Assembly: GCA_963807625.1 (NCBI GenBank)
Contig: CAWECN010000020.1
Coordinates: 118,270 to 182,269, forward strand
Length of the DNA: 64,000 bases
Direction of reading: 5' to 3'
From: an uncultured Gammaproteobacteria bacterium
GTDB taxonomy: Bacteria > Pseudomonadota > Gammaproteobacteria > SZUA-229
The notes beneath the pieces were generated by a model that did no database searches, was not told the DNA's origin, and was given only the letters and a program-made list of their open reading frames with translations. Position 1 is the first letter of the stretch. The number at the start of each line of letters is the position of its first letter. Positions 1 through 9,803 of this stretch are shown here, piece after piece. Both the position numbers and the translations under genes were made by a program.

Positions 1-54
1 AATGCTGAACGTGATGCTCTTCACAAGAACATCAGCACCCGCTTCAATGATTAA
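1..54 (+). CDS. 3' end of an upstream gene (C-terminal 17 codons ...NAERDALHKNISTRFND*), product unknown
   Basis: In-frame codons from position 1 to a TAA stop at 52-54; too short to identify. Confidence 0.25.
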   Translation, partial: NAERDALHKNISTRFND

Positions 55-537
55 TTGCACAACATTTTTATGAACGATCATAAGACGACAGACCCGATAT
101 ACGCTGGCTTATTCAGACGCCTGTTCGCAATTTTTTATGACGGATTTCTACTGATTGCGATCCTGTTTGTCGTTTCCGCCATAGCCACAACGCTGAACAG
201 TGGCAAGGCTGTGGAGCCGGGTGATGCCCTCTATCCTGTTCTTGTATTATTGATCTTTTTTCTGAGTTACCTGTATTTCTCCTGGTTCTGGATCAACGGC
301 GGCCAGTCATTAGGTATGAAGACATGGCGTATACAGTTAAAACGCAACGACCAGGGAAAGACTAACGATCTACCTATAGATCATAAGACAGCGGCTATAC
401 GTTTCTTTAGCGCTATCATTTCATGGGGATTTTTTGGACTGGGGTTTGTGTGGGCACTGTTCGACAAACAGCACCGTTGCTGGCATGATCTAAGCAGTAA
501 AACCGTGCTCATCGACCTGCGTTCCAGAAAAGATTAG
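55..537 (+). CDS. RDD-family integral membrane protein
   Basis: 160-aa ORF with two hydrophobic segments and an R..DD-like arrangement (FRRLFAIFYDGFLLIAILFVV; WHDLSSKTVLID) typical of the RDD family. Alternative start at Met-6 (MNDHK). Confidence 0.55.
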   Translation: MHNIFMNDHKTTDPIYAGLFRRLFAIFYDGFLLIAILFVVSAIATTLNSGKAVEPGDALYPVLVLLIFFLSYLYFSWFWINGGQSLGMKTWRIQLKRNDQGKTNDLPIDHKTAAIRFFSAIISWGFFGLGFVWALFDKQHRCWHDLSSKTVLIDLRSRKD

Positions 538-566
538 GCTGCCAGCCGGGGCGGCCTAACACCTGG

Positions 567-1658
567 TCAGTTGACCCGTCTCATAAAAAACAGGCTGACC
601 AGGACTACCAAAGTGAGTGGTATGGCAGCACTCAATATCGGTGCGATATTCAAGGCCAGGCCGAGATGATTGATCGAACGGTTGATCACGAAGTAGATGA
701 TTCCGATGAGCAAGGCCAGTATCAAGCGCTGTCCGACACCGCCACTTCTCGGTGTGGTAGAGAAAACGATAGGCATCGCGATCATTAGCATTGCCAGGCA
801 GGTCAAGGGCGTAAAAATCTTGATCCAGAACGCCAGCTTATATTCACTATCATCCAGTTTGTTCTCCTGTAGATACTCACTGTAAGTGAGCAACTCGGCG
901 GCCGACATGTCTTTCGACTCAAGCTCGAGCACGGTAAATAGTTCCAACAGGATAAGACGCTTCATCTTCAGCTGCTTTTCGAATGATGTGGTCACACCTT
1001 CCGTCGTTATATCAGATCGGCTTATTTTATTCAGGACCCATTCATCATTCAGATAATGCGCATGTTTAGCATGGATTATCGTCGTTAACTGATGATTATC
1101 ATCCAGCTCATAGAGACGTATATTCCTCAATTGATGATCGGGCAACATCTGCTTCACATTGACATAACGGTTACCATCACGCGCCCAGATATCATTGGTA
1201 CCACCAACGATCAGTTTTTTCTCCATCGCTTCTGCACGGTAAGCTTTTGCTGTCCTGGTAGCAGACGGCACCACATACTCTCCCAGAATCGCTACCAGGA
1301 TCGCTAACAACAGTCCGATCTGTAACACCGAACGTGTGACACGCATGGGGCTGATGCCGGAAGCACGCATCACGATGAGCTCTGAATTAGCGGCCATCGC
1401 ACCCAGTGACAATATTCCACCGAGTAACAATATCGATGGTGAGAGCTCATATAAACGTTGCGGCAGCCGCATCAATACGAAGATCCCCGCCTGCAGTGCA
1501 CCATAGTCACCCGTACCAACACTGTTTAACTGGGAGACAAAGTCGACAAAGGCAAAAATGGACAACATCACAAAACATGCCATCAAACAACCTACGCTCA
1601 CCGCACCGGCAATATAACGATCAAGTACCACCCTGCACTCCTTTATTCTTCTTTCCAA
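567..1658 (-). CDS. lptG: LPS export ABC transporter permease LptG (YjgP/YjgQ family)
   Basis: 363-aa multi-TM ORF with an N-terminal VLDRYI motif typical of LptF/LptG. It lies immediately downstream of lptF and divergent from pepA, as in E. coli. The annotated ATG overlaps the lptF stop by 38 bp; the real start may be the GTG at VVLDRYI. Confidence 0.8.
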   Translation of the reverse strand: MERRIKECRVVLDRYIAGAVSVGCLMACFVMLSIFAFVDFVSQLNSVGTGDYGALQAGIFVLMRLPQRLYELSPSILLLGGILSLGAMAANSELIVMRASGISPMRVTRSVLQIGLLLAILVAILGEYVVPSATRTAKAYRAEAMEKKLIVGGTNDIWARDGNRYVNVKQMLPDHQLRNIRLYELDDNHQLTTIIHAKHAHYLNDEWVLNKISRSDITTEGVTTSFEKQLKMKRLILLELFTVLELESKDMSAAELLTYSEYLQENKLDDSEYKLAFWIKIFTPLTCLAMLMIAMPIVFSTTPRSGGVGQRLILALLIGIIYFVINRSINHLGLALNIAPILSAAIPLTLVVLVSLFFMRRVN

Positions 1659-2721
1659 GACCGATCAGATAACCACTGCGCTTTAACAGGTAAGCGGTAA
1701 ATATGACTGCAATGAGATGAACCCACCAGGTACCAACCCACAACGGGACTTTCTGCTGAACGATCCAGGTCTTGCCTATGCCCAGGAAATTGGAATACAA
1801 GAGGTATAGGACCAGTGCCAGTGCCAGTTTCGAATAACGACCGCTGCGAGGGTCCGTTTGACTCAATGGTAATGCCATGAAGGCAACGATGACCGTAGCC
1901 AGTGGCAGAGCAATACGCCATTGCAGTTCAGCCTGATCCTTAGGCTGCGTTGAATGCCAAAGTTCAGTCATACTCCTGGATTTTTCAGAGACATGCGCCT
2001 GTACCTGCTTGTCTGCGATATGTACGCCATACTCCTTGTATTTGATGATCTTAAACACTGCCTCACCGGCATCACCTACATAGTGTGTGCCATCATTCAT
2101 CATCATATAGCGTCGGCCGTCTTCATTAAAATAACTTTTAGTGCTGGCGGCCAGGTCAACATGATTCCTGCTCTGATACTGCTGTTGAAAAAATACGCTA
2201 TCGATATCCTTACTGTCTTTATTCGACGACTCGAGAAACAGTACGCCACCTTTGCTTGCCCGGTTGAACTGCCCGATCATTAAGGTATCGACCTCGGCCT
2301 GGCTCTGGATCTCAGCAGCGATCTGCGCACGTTGCAGATTGATCATCGGCCTGGCAAATATCATCATCAGTAACAATATCACCGTGGTAGGGATCGCGAT
2401 CATCATCAGTGGCCGGTACCACTGAAGGGGACCGATGCCGGCAGACATCATGGCAGCCATCTCACTGTCTCGATATAAACGTCCGAACGCGATCAATATC
2501 CCCATCAACAGGCTGAGCGGCATCAGGACCACGGTGAACTCGAACATGCTGTTAATCAGGTATGCCAGCAAAGCGGTGAGCGGGATAAGGCCCTGCGACA
2601 CCCAGCTCAACAGATGGACCACTTCGGTACTGAGAACGATCACCAGCAAAATGAAAAGCACCGAAAGACAGGCTATCAGTAATTCTTTTGCGATGTATTT
2701 GTCTATTATGGACAGCTTCAT
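1621..2721 (-). CDS. lptF: LPS export ABC transporter permease LptF
   Basis: The ORF track extends to 2799, but the credible start is the ATG at 2721 (MKLSIIDKYIAKELL...), a typical LptF N-terminus. Multi-TM protein, divergent from pepA as in E. coli. Confidence 0.8.
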   Translation of the reverse strand: MKLSIIDKYIAKELLIACLSVLFILLVIVLSTEVVHLLSWVSQGLIPLTALLAYLINSMFEFTVVLMPLSLLMGILIAFGRLYRDSEMAAMMSAGIGPLQWYRPLMMIAIPTTVILLLMMIFARPMINLQRAQIAAEIQSQAEVDTLMIGQFNRASKGGVLFLESSNKDSKDIDSVFFQQQYQSRNHVDLAASTKSYFNEDGRRYMMMNDGTHYVGDAGEAVFKIIKYKEYGVHIADKQVQAHVSEKSRSMTELWHSTQPKDQAELQWRIALPLATVIVAFMALPLSQTDPRSGRYSKLALALVLYLLYSNFLGIGKTWIVQQKVPLWVGTWWVHLIAVIFTAYLLKRSGYLIGLGKKNKGVQGGT

Positions 2722-2934
2722 ATGTATATAGCAATCAGCTTCATTTAATTTAACCCTGCAATAACAGAAGTTTAACCTGAAAACTTCTACAAACGGCAAT
2801 TATTGGCGTGATAACCTGAATAAGGCTCAAAAAACGAAGAAACCGACTACCCTCGGTTCCCTAAATTGAATACAATCTCCACTGGCAATTTTATCCTGTA
2901 AGCAAGCAAAAATATATCGATCAGCGGAGCACTC

Positions 2935-4434
2935 ATGGAATACACAGTAAAAAGCGGCAACCCCGAAAAACAAAGAATCGGATGTGTTGTGATACCGGTT
3001 TTTGCATCTAGAAAACTATCGTCATCCGCAAAGATCATCGATAAGGCAAGTAACGGCTATATCTCTAACCTCGTTCGACGTGGCGAAATCGAAGGCGATC
3101 TGGGCAACACCCTGCTGCTACATAATGTAGAGAACACTTTATGCGATCGTGTTCTTCTGGTTGGCTGTGGCAAAGAAAAGGACATCGACGTCAGGACCTT
3201 CTACAAGATTAACTGCAACATGGTCAAGAGGTTAGAGTCCAGCGGTGCCACAGAAATAGCCTCCTACCTCACCGAGATAACGGTTAAACGTAAAGACATC
3301 AGCTGGAAGATCCATCACTCGATCGAAGCCATCGACGATTGCCTCTACAAGTTCAACCAGCTCAAATCCAAAAAGGAAGAAGCCCGGCGTCCGTTGAGAA
3401 AATTCATATTCAGTGTCAACGGTCGCGGCCAGCTGATGCTGGGGGAACAGGCTGCGCGCCAGGGTATGGCTGTTTCTGCCGGTATCCACCTCGCCAAAGA
3501 CCTGGGCAATCTACCGGGCAATATATGCACACCAGACTACCTGGCAAAGCAGGCGATCAAACTGGCCACCCAGCATAAAAAATTAAAAACTTCTGTGCTG
3601 GAAGAGAGTGATATGGAGAAACTGGGAATGGGCTCCCTGTTGTCTGTCTCTAAAGGCAGCCGTGAACCTGCTAAATTGATCACCATGGAATACATGGCCG
3701 GTAACAAAAAACAGGCGCCGATTATCTTTGTCGGCAAAGGCGTGACCTTCGATTCAGGCGGTATCAGCTTGAAACCGGGTGCTGCCATGGATGAGATGAA
3801 ATATGATATGTGCGGTGCCGCCAGTGTCATAGGCGTGATCAGCGCCTGTGCAGATCTGCAGCTACCGATGAATATCGTCGGCATCATCCCCGCAGTGGAG
3901 AACATGCCTGACGGCATCGCCAGCCGCCCCGGCGATGTTGTCACCAGCATGTCAGGCCAGACCATCGAAATATTAAACACCGATGCCGAAGGCCGCCTGA
4001 TACTTTGCGACGCCCTGACGTATGCAGAAAAATATGATCCCGACGTGGTCATCGATATCGCTACCCTGACCGGCGCCTGTATCGTCGCCCTGGGTGCACA
4101 CCCCGCTGGATTGCTCAGTAACCACAACCCGCTGGCGAACGATCTGTTGTCTGCCGGCCAGACCAGCGGCGACCGTTGCTGGCAGCTGCCATTGTGGGAC
4201 GACTACCAGGAACAGTTAAAGAGTAACTTTGCAGACATGGCGAACATCGGCGGCAAAGGTGCTGGCACGATTACCGCCGCCTGCTTCCTCTCCCGTTTCA
4301 CCAAGAAATATCACTGGGCACACCTCGACATTGCCGGCGTCGCCTGGAAGAGCGGCGAAAACAAGGGAGCCACAGGTCGGCCGGTAGGACTACTCGCACA
4401 GTACGTGCTCGACCGCTGTGTCGATTGTGAATAA
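2935..4434 (+). CDS. pepA: leucyl aminopeptidase PepA (M17 family)
   Basis: 499 aa, collinear and highly similar to E. coli PepA, including the NTDAEGRL active-site signature. Confidence 0.95.
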   Translation: MEYTVKSGNPEKQRIGCVVIPVFASRKLSSSAKIIDKASNGYISNLVRRGEIEGDLGNTLLLHNVENTLCDRVLLVGCGKEKDIDVRTFYKINCNMVKRLESSGATEIASYLTEITVKRKDISWKIHHSIEAIDDCLYKFNQLKSKKEEARRPLRKFIFSVNGRGQLMLGEQAARQGMAVSAGIHLAKDLGNLPGNICTPDYLAKQAIKLATQHKKLKTSVLEESDMEKLGMGSLLSVSKGSREPAKLITMEYMAGNKKQAPIIFVGKGVTFDSGGISLKPGAAMDEMKYDMCGAASVIGVISACADLQLPMNIVGIIPAVENMPDGIASRPGDVVTSMSGQTIEILNTDAEGRLILCDALTYAEKYDPDVVIDIATLTGACIVALGAHPAGLLSNHNPLANDLLSAGQTSGDRCWQLPLWDDYQEQLKSNFADMANIGGKGAGTITAACFLSRFTKKYHWAHLDIAGVAWKSGENKGATGRPVGLLAQYVLDRCVDCE

Positions 4435-4445
4435 ATACAGCCAAC

Positions 4446-5018
4446 ATGCCTGATTACGACCCAAAGAGCATACCTATCCTCGATGACATCATCGAGGATG
4501 ATATCGCCGACGATGATAAAGCCGCATCAGAACTGACAGGCACTGACTTTACCGACATAGATAATCAGGATGGTGATGAAACAGCTATCAACAACCTGGA
4601 TCTGTTCACCAGTGATGATATAGATGTCGAAGACGAAACCATGGAACCGGCGCTCGGTACCATCGATCGATTTATCGATTCAGCAGGCGATGATCCAACA
4701 GCGATCGAAACGGATACTATAGAATCAGCCCTGATCGATTACCACATAGATCAGGATGAGCTGGACATCAACGTTCAGCACGACACACAAATGCTCGACG
4801 ATATCCCTGACTCTGATGAAACCTTCGATGACATAACTATCGAAGATACCGCCAGTGACCCGGTCCAGCCAACTACACTCAACTCGATCGTCGATGATGT
4901 CGTAAAACAGCTTATACCTGATCTGGAACAGCAGTTACGCTACCTGGTACGACAGGCGCTGGAAGAAAAGTTACCAGAAGAAATAGTCAAACAGCTCTCT
5001 GCCGAGGATAACGACTGA
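4446..5018 (+). CDS. hypothetical, extremely acidic (D/E-rich), low-complexity protein
   Basis: 190-aa ORF in which a large share of residues are D or E, with only a C-terminal amphipathic stretch (LRYLVRQALEEKLPEEIVKQL). It starts 12 bp after the pepA stop with a weak RBS. It occupies the position where holC sits in E. coli and Pseudomonas. Confidence 0.45.
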   Translation: MPDYDPKSIPILDDIIEDDIADDDKAASELTGTDFTDIDNQDGDETAINNLDLFTSDDIDVEDETMEPALGTIDRFIDSAGDDPTAIETDTIESALIDYHIDQDELDINVQHDTQMLDDIPDSDETFDDITIEDTASDPVQPTTLNSIVDDVVKQLIPDLEQQLRYLVRQALEEKLPEEIVKQLSAEDND

Positions 5019-5150
5019 TCACATGTGACCGGTTTAAGATACCTGCTCCCCCCTGTTCTACTCAGTTCAATAAAACAACGCTCAGATACAGCAAGCCGCA
5101 GCGGCATGTTGTATAATTCTGCGCTTTGAATCAGCGCAACTGAGTCCATA

Positions 5151-8009
5151 ATGGAAAAAACCTATAACCCGCAAGCCATCGAAAGCAAATGGTACGAAAC
5201 CTGGGAAAGCAGCGGTTATTTTAATGCCAACCAGAGCTGCGAAGGTGCGAGCAAGACGGCAGAGTGCAATAACTACTGCATCATGATACCGCCGCCGAAT
5301 GTCACCGGCCGGTTACACATGGGACATGCCTTCCAGGACACCATCATGGACGCCATGATCCGTTATCACCGTATGAAGGGTGACAACACTTTATGGCAGG
5401 TTGGAACCGACCATGCAGGCATCGCTACGCAGATGGTGGTCGAACGTCTGATCAATGCCGAAGGCAAGACCCGTCATGATTACGGGCGAGAGAAGTTCAT
5501 CGAGAAGATCTGGGAATGGAAAGAACACTCCGGTAACACCATTACCAATCAGTTGCGCCGTATGGGCGCATCACTCGACTGGTCGCGTGAGCGTTTCACC
5601 ATGGACGAAGGTCTGTCGACGGCAGTAACCGAAGTTTTCGTACGCCTCTATGAAGAAGGGCTGATCTATCGCGGCAAACGCCTGGTCAACTGGGACCCAG
5701 CACTGCACACAGCGGTATCCGACCTGGAAGTGCTGTCGAAAGAAGAAAACGGGCACATGTGGCATATCCGCTACCCGCGCAGTAATGGTGCCGGCCATGT
5801 CGTGGTTGCTACCACCCGCCCGGAAACTCTGTTAGGTGACTTTGCTGTTGCGGTTAATCCCACTGATGAACGTTACTCATATCTACTTGGCGAGTTTCTT
5901 GAATTACCACTGACCGGCCGAAAGATTCCGGTATTGGCCGATGAACATGTCGATGCCGACTTTGGCACCGGCTGCGTAAAGATCACGCCGGCTCACGATT
6001 TCAACGACTACCAGGTCTGGTTGCGCCACAAGAACAAGACCGAAGTACGTGAGCTGCCTCACGGCGGCCTGATCAACATACTGACCAATGATGCAGCCAT
6101 CAGGGACAATGAAGATGATATACATAATATTATCCCGGAAGCGTATATCGGCCTGGACCGTTATGAAGCGCGCAAGCGGATTGTTGCCGACCTTGAAGCA
6201 GCCGGCCTGCTGGAAAAAGTGGACGACCACAAACTAATGGTGCCACGTGGTGACCGTTCTAATGCCGTCATCGAACCATTTTTGACCGACCAGTGGTACG
6301 TAAAAGTAGAACCGCTGGCAAAACCGGCGATCGAGGCGGTAGAGAACGGCCGTATCAAGTTCACCCCGGACAACTGGAAAAACACCTACTTCGAATGGAT
6401 GAATAATATCGAAGACTGGTGTATCTCACGCCAGATCTGGTGGGGACACCGTATACCTGCATGGTACGACGATGTCGGCAATGTCTATGTCGGTCATGAT
6501 ATCGATGAGGTCCGCAGCAAGAATAAATTACCGGACGACTTCCCGCTGACACAGGATGAAGACGTCCTGGATACCTGGTTCTCATCAGCGCTGTGGCCAT
6601 TCTCGACCCTGGGCTGGCCAGAGAAGACACCAGAGCTGGAAACTTACTACCCGACAAACGTACTGGTGACCGGTTTCGATATCATCTTCTTCTGGGTCGC
6701 ACGTATGATTATGATGGGGCTGAAGTTCATGGGCGATGTCCCCTTCCATGAAGTCTATGTACACGGCCTGGTACGTGATGCCGAAGGCCAGAAGATGTCG
6801 AAGTCTAAGGGCAACGTACTCGATCCGATGGACGTCATCGACGGCATCGACCTCGAATCGCTGGTAGAAAAACGTACTACCGCAGTGATGCAGACACACC
6901 AGGTAGAACGTATCGAGAAGCTAACGCGTAAAAACTTTCCTGATGGTATTCCCGCATTCGGCACCGACGCGATGCGCTTCACCTTCGCTGCCCTGGCGAC
7001 GACCGGACGCGACGTGGTGTTTTCACCATCACGTATCGAAGGCTACCGCAATTACTGCAACAAGATATGGAACGCCACACGTTATGTGTTGATGCAGGCA
7101 GAAGACAAAGACTGCGGTCTGCTCGATGATGGTTCAGATAAACCGGATGTCGTGCTGTCACTGGCCGACCGCTGGATAATCTCACGTTTACAACGTGTCG
7201 AAGCCCGTGTCGAAAAGCACAGCGACAATTCCCGCCTCGACCTGATCGCACATGACCTGTATGCCTTCGTCTGGGAGGATTACTGTGACTGGTATCTCGA
7301 ACTGTCGAAACCGGTTCTGTTTAATGATGAGACACCGGAGAATGAACAACGCGGTACACGCCGCACGCTGGTTCGCGTACTGGAAACACTGCTGCGCTTG
7401 AATCATCCTATCATCCCGTTTATCACCGAAGAGTGCTGGCAGAATGTTGCGCCACTCGCTGGCATACATGGCGACAGTATCATGCTGCAACCCTACCCCG
7501 AATCTGACGATAGCAAGATCGATGATAAAGCTGAAGAAGACCTGGAATGGGTGAAGACCTTTGTCAGTGGCGTACGCCGTATACGCTCCGAGATGGATAT
7601 CCCTCCGGGCAAACCATTATCGCTACTGCTGCAGAATGCGACCGACCACGATAAGCAGCTTTATCAGGACAACCAGGTCTTCATCGAAACCCTGGCAAAG
7701 ATAGAAAGCAGTGTATGGCTGACCGAAAAAGACGATGCGCCGGAATCGGCAACCGCCTTGGTTGGCGAGATGAAGATCCTGATCCCGCTTGCCGGACTTA
7801 TCGATAAAGACGCCGAGCTTGTGCGACTGGCGAAAGAGATCAGCAAGATACAGGCGAACGTCGATAAGACGACAGCCAAACTGGTGAACAAAAACTTTGT
7901 CAACAAAGCCCCGGCCACCGTCGTCGAAAAAGAAAGAGAACGGCTGGCTGAGATGAGCAGATCGATCGAGCAGCTTAAGGAACAGGCAGAGAAAATCAGC
8001 GCTCTCTGA
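5151..8009 (+). CDS. valS: valyl-tRNA synthetase
   Basis: 952 aa with class I aaRS HIGH ([14 protein letters not shown]) and KMSKS motifs and a C-terminal coiled coil. pepA-valS synteny is conserved. Confidence 0.97.
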   Translation: MEKTYNPQAIESKWYETWESSGYFNANQSCEGASKTAECNNYCIMIPPPNVTGRLHMGHAFQDTIMDAMIRYHRMKGDNTLWQVGTDHAGIATQMVVERLINAEGKTRHDYGREKFIEKIWEWKEHSGNTITNQLRRMGASLDWSRERFTMDEGLSTAVTEVFVRLYEEGLIYRGKRLVNWDPALHTAVSDLEVLSKEENGHMWHIRYPRSNGAGHVVVATTRPETLLGDFAVAVNPTDERYSYLLGEFLELPLTGRKIPVLADEHVDADFGTGCVKITPAHDFNDYQVWLRHKNKTEVRELPHGGLINILTNDAAIRDNEDDIHNIIPEAYIGLDRYEARKRIVADLEAAGLLEKVDDHKLMVPRGDRSNAVIEPFLTDQWYVKVEPLAKPAIEAVENGRIKFTPDNWKNTYFEWMNNIEDWCISRQIWWGHRIPAWYDDVGNVYVGHDIDEVRSKNKLPDDFPLTQDEDVLDTWFSSALWPFSTLGWPEKTPELETYYPTNVLVTGFDIIFFWVARMIMMGLKFMGDVPFHEVYVHGLVRDAEGQKMSKSKGNVLDPMDVIDGIDLESLVEKRTTAVMQTHQVERIEKLTRKNFPDGIPAFGTDAMRFTFAALATTGRDVVFSPSRIEGYRNYCNKIWNATRYVLMQAEDKDCGLLDDGSDKPDVVLSLADRWIISRLQRVEARVEKHSDNSRLDLIAHDLYAFVWEDYCDWYLELSKPVLFNDETPENEQRGTRRTLVRVLETLLRLNHPIIPFITEECWQNVAPLAGIHGDSIMLQPYPESDDSKIDDKAEEDLEWVKTFVSGVRRIRSEMDIPPGKPLSLLLQNATDHDKQLYQDNQVFIETLAKIESSVWLTEKDDAPESATALVGEMKILIPLAGLIDKDAELVRLAKEISKIQANVDKTTAKLVNKNFVNKAPATVVEKERERLAEMSRSIEQLKEQAEKISAL

Positions 8010-8049
8010 TATTTCGATTTCCAGAGAAGAAAGCTTAAAAGCGATTCAT

Positions 8050-8146
8050 CGCAGAGGCACAGAGAACGCAGAGTTATATTTTATTAGCGTGCCTACGGCA
8101 TATTAACAAAAAATACATTTTCCTCTGCGTTCTCTGTGCCTCTGCG
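8050..8146. repeat. Long hairpin element: 24-bp perfect inverted repeat with a 49-nt loop, followed by a T-rich tract. REP-like; probable valS terminator.
   Basis: Left arm CGCAGAGGCACAGAGAACGCAGAG (8050-8073) is the exact reverse complement of the right arm (8123-8146). A T-rich run follows. A related element lies at 17925-18017. Confidence 0.7.
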
Positions 8147-8306
8147 GTTAAATCTTTTTGTTTTTTGTTCTTTGTTTTTCGTTCGACTTAACAGCCATTA
8201 TCAAGCAGCCAGACATATGAATACCTGGTCCTAAAATCCAGACTCTTGCAAAGTATCGGTTTAACAGGGTATCCTCATGTGAACCGTAACTATTAATATA
8301 AAAACC

Positions 8307-8858
8307 ATGGCAACTCCTGAAAAAACTGAACAGATCCTGCAAACACATGCCAGTCTCATACTGGCGGTAGTGCAGACGATCCAGAACCCGGATCTCAAAC
8401 CGCATTTAGATCTGGTACTGCAGCAATCTGCACAGAACGGCTGGCAGGACCTGGTCAACGCTATCAACAAGATCGTCGCCGGAAGCCGGGAGCAGTCACT
8501 GGTCAATGGCCTCGATGAAGAAGATGCCATCATCGTCGACAGCATACTTCTTGGCCTGCAGGACCCTTCGACGCTGCCATCTTCAGAGCAGACGGGCGAT
8601 GCAACCAAAGCCGCACCGATGATAGCCCGACTGATCAATGAAGCACGTCGCGGTGACCATAACGCGCTTTCCATGTTAGGCACCATGGCTGAACAGATGT
8701 CCAGAGCTGGTGGTGACATGGCCAGCCTCAGCGCTGTGATCAAAGACATGATCGACGGCGAACGCAGTATCGACAAACTATGCACACGCATGGGCGCGCA
8801 GGGTGAGTCACTGATAACACAGATCGTGGGCGAGCTGGGCAAACTCGATACACATTAG
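8307..8858 (+). CDS. hypothetical protein (no recognisable family)
   Basis: 183-aa ORF with an RBS-like GGA upstream and coding-like composition. It is the first gene of an apparent four-gene operon. Confidence 0.45.
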   Translation: MATPEKTEQILQTHASLILAVVQTIQNPDLKPHLDLVLQQSAQNGWQDLVNAINKIVAGSREQSLVNGLDEEDAIIVDSILLGLQDPSTLPSSEQTGDATKAAPMIARLINEARRGDHNALSMLGTMAEQMSRAGGDMASLSAVIKDMIDGERSIDKLCTRMGAQGESLITQIVGELGKLDTH

Positions 8859-8872
8859 ACCTGTATCGTCAT

Positions 8873-9430
8873 ATGATCCCTTCACAGCAACTCGTTATCC
8901 AGCAGACAGAAAACTGGATCGAAGAAGTTGTCATCGGCTTGAACCTGTGCCCTTTTGCTTCCTCAGTGTTCGAAGCAAAGCGTATCGCTTACCAGGTCAT
9001 TACAGGCAGTGATACGGCCTTACATCTTCAGCAGCTTGCCGACAGCTTTACCGAGCTCGATAATATAAAGACCACTGAAACCAGCCTGCTGATCTTTCCA
9101 GAGTCATACAGGGATTTTGATGAGTACCTGGATTTCCTGGAGATCAGTAACCAGTTACTGGAAGAGCTGAACTATGCTGGCACATACCAGTTAGCCAGTT
9201 TTCACCCCGACTACCTTTTCGAAGGCAGCACTGAAGATGATGCCAGCAACTTCAGTAACCGTTCACCCTACCCCATGCTACACCTGCTGAGAGAGAGCAG
9301 CATTCAAAGAGCTGTCAGCAGTTATGAAGATATTGAGCAGGTACCTGAGAATAATATAAAAAAACTGCGCGAGATCGGTTATGAAGAAATGCAACAGATC
9401 ATGAACCGTATCCTGAAGGTGCAGCCATGA
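8873..9430 (+). CDS. DUF1415-like conserved protein
   Basis: 185 aa with the N-terminal NLCPFA motif I associate with the DUF1415 family. Tightly spaced after the previous ORF. Confidence 0.5.
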   Translation: MIPSQQLVIQQTENWIEEVVIGLNLCPFASSVFEAKRIAYQVITGSDTALHLQQLADSFTELDNIKTTETSLLIFPESYRDFDEYLDFLEISNQLLEELNYAGTYQLASFHPDYLFEGSTEDDASNFSNRSPYPMLHLLRESSIQRAVSSYEDIEQVPENNIKKLREIGYEEMQQIMNRILKVQP

Positions 9431-9783
9431 ACACACTGACGATCATCGCGATAAGCATCGTCATCTTCCTGCAGGCCAGCTTCATGGTACTTGAGATGTT
9501 CTTATGGAACACCGCTGCCGGGCGAAAAATATTTGGCCTGTCGAAAGACTTCGCAGAACAGTCAGCCACGCTTGCTGCAAACCAGGGCTTGTATAACGGT
9601 TTCCTGGCAGCCGGTCTGTTATGGGGTCTGGTCAGTACCGGTGGCTTTGATGCGCTGATTTTTTTCCTTAGCTGTATTATCATTGCAGGCCTTTACGGGG
9701 CAATAACCGCCAGCACCATGATCCTGTTTGTACAGGCATTACCTGCAGCTGTCGCAATGATACTGCTAATACTGAATAACTAG
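9427..9783 (+). CDS. DUF1304-like small membrane protein
   Basis: 118 aa with 3-4 predicted TM helices. Its ATGA start overlaps the upstream stop, indicating translational coupling. Confidence 0.5.
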   Translation: MNTLTIIAISIVIFLQASFMVLEMFLWNTAAGRKIFGLSKDFAEQSATLAANQGLYNGFLAAGLLWGLVSTGGFDALIFFLSCIIIAGLYGAITASTMILFVQALPAAVAMILLILNN

Positions 9784-9803
9784 AAAAGCTATAGGCAAAA
9801 ACT

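Noticed and set aside
5571-7918. Multiple 75-108-aa ORFs on the minus strand inside valS (e.g. 5904-6230, 6585-6899, 7188-7490)
   Set aside because: They are antisense shadow ORFs within a confidently identified, highly conserved valS reading frame. They have Arg/Ser/Cys-rich compositions typical of non-coding frames.
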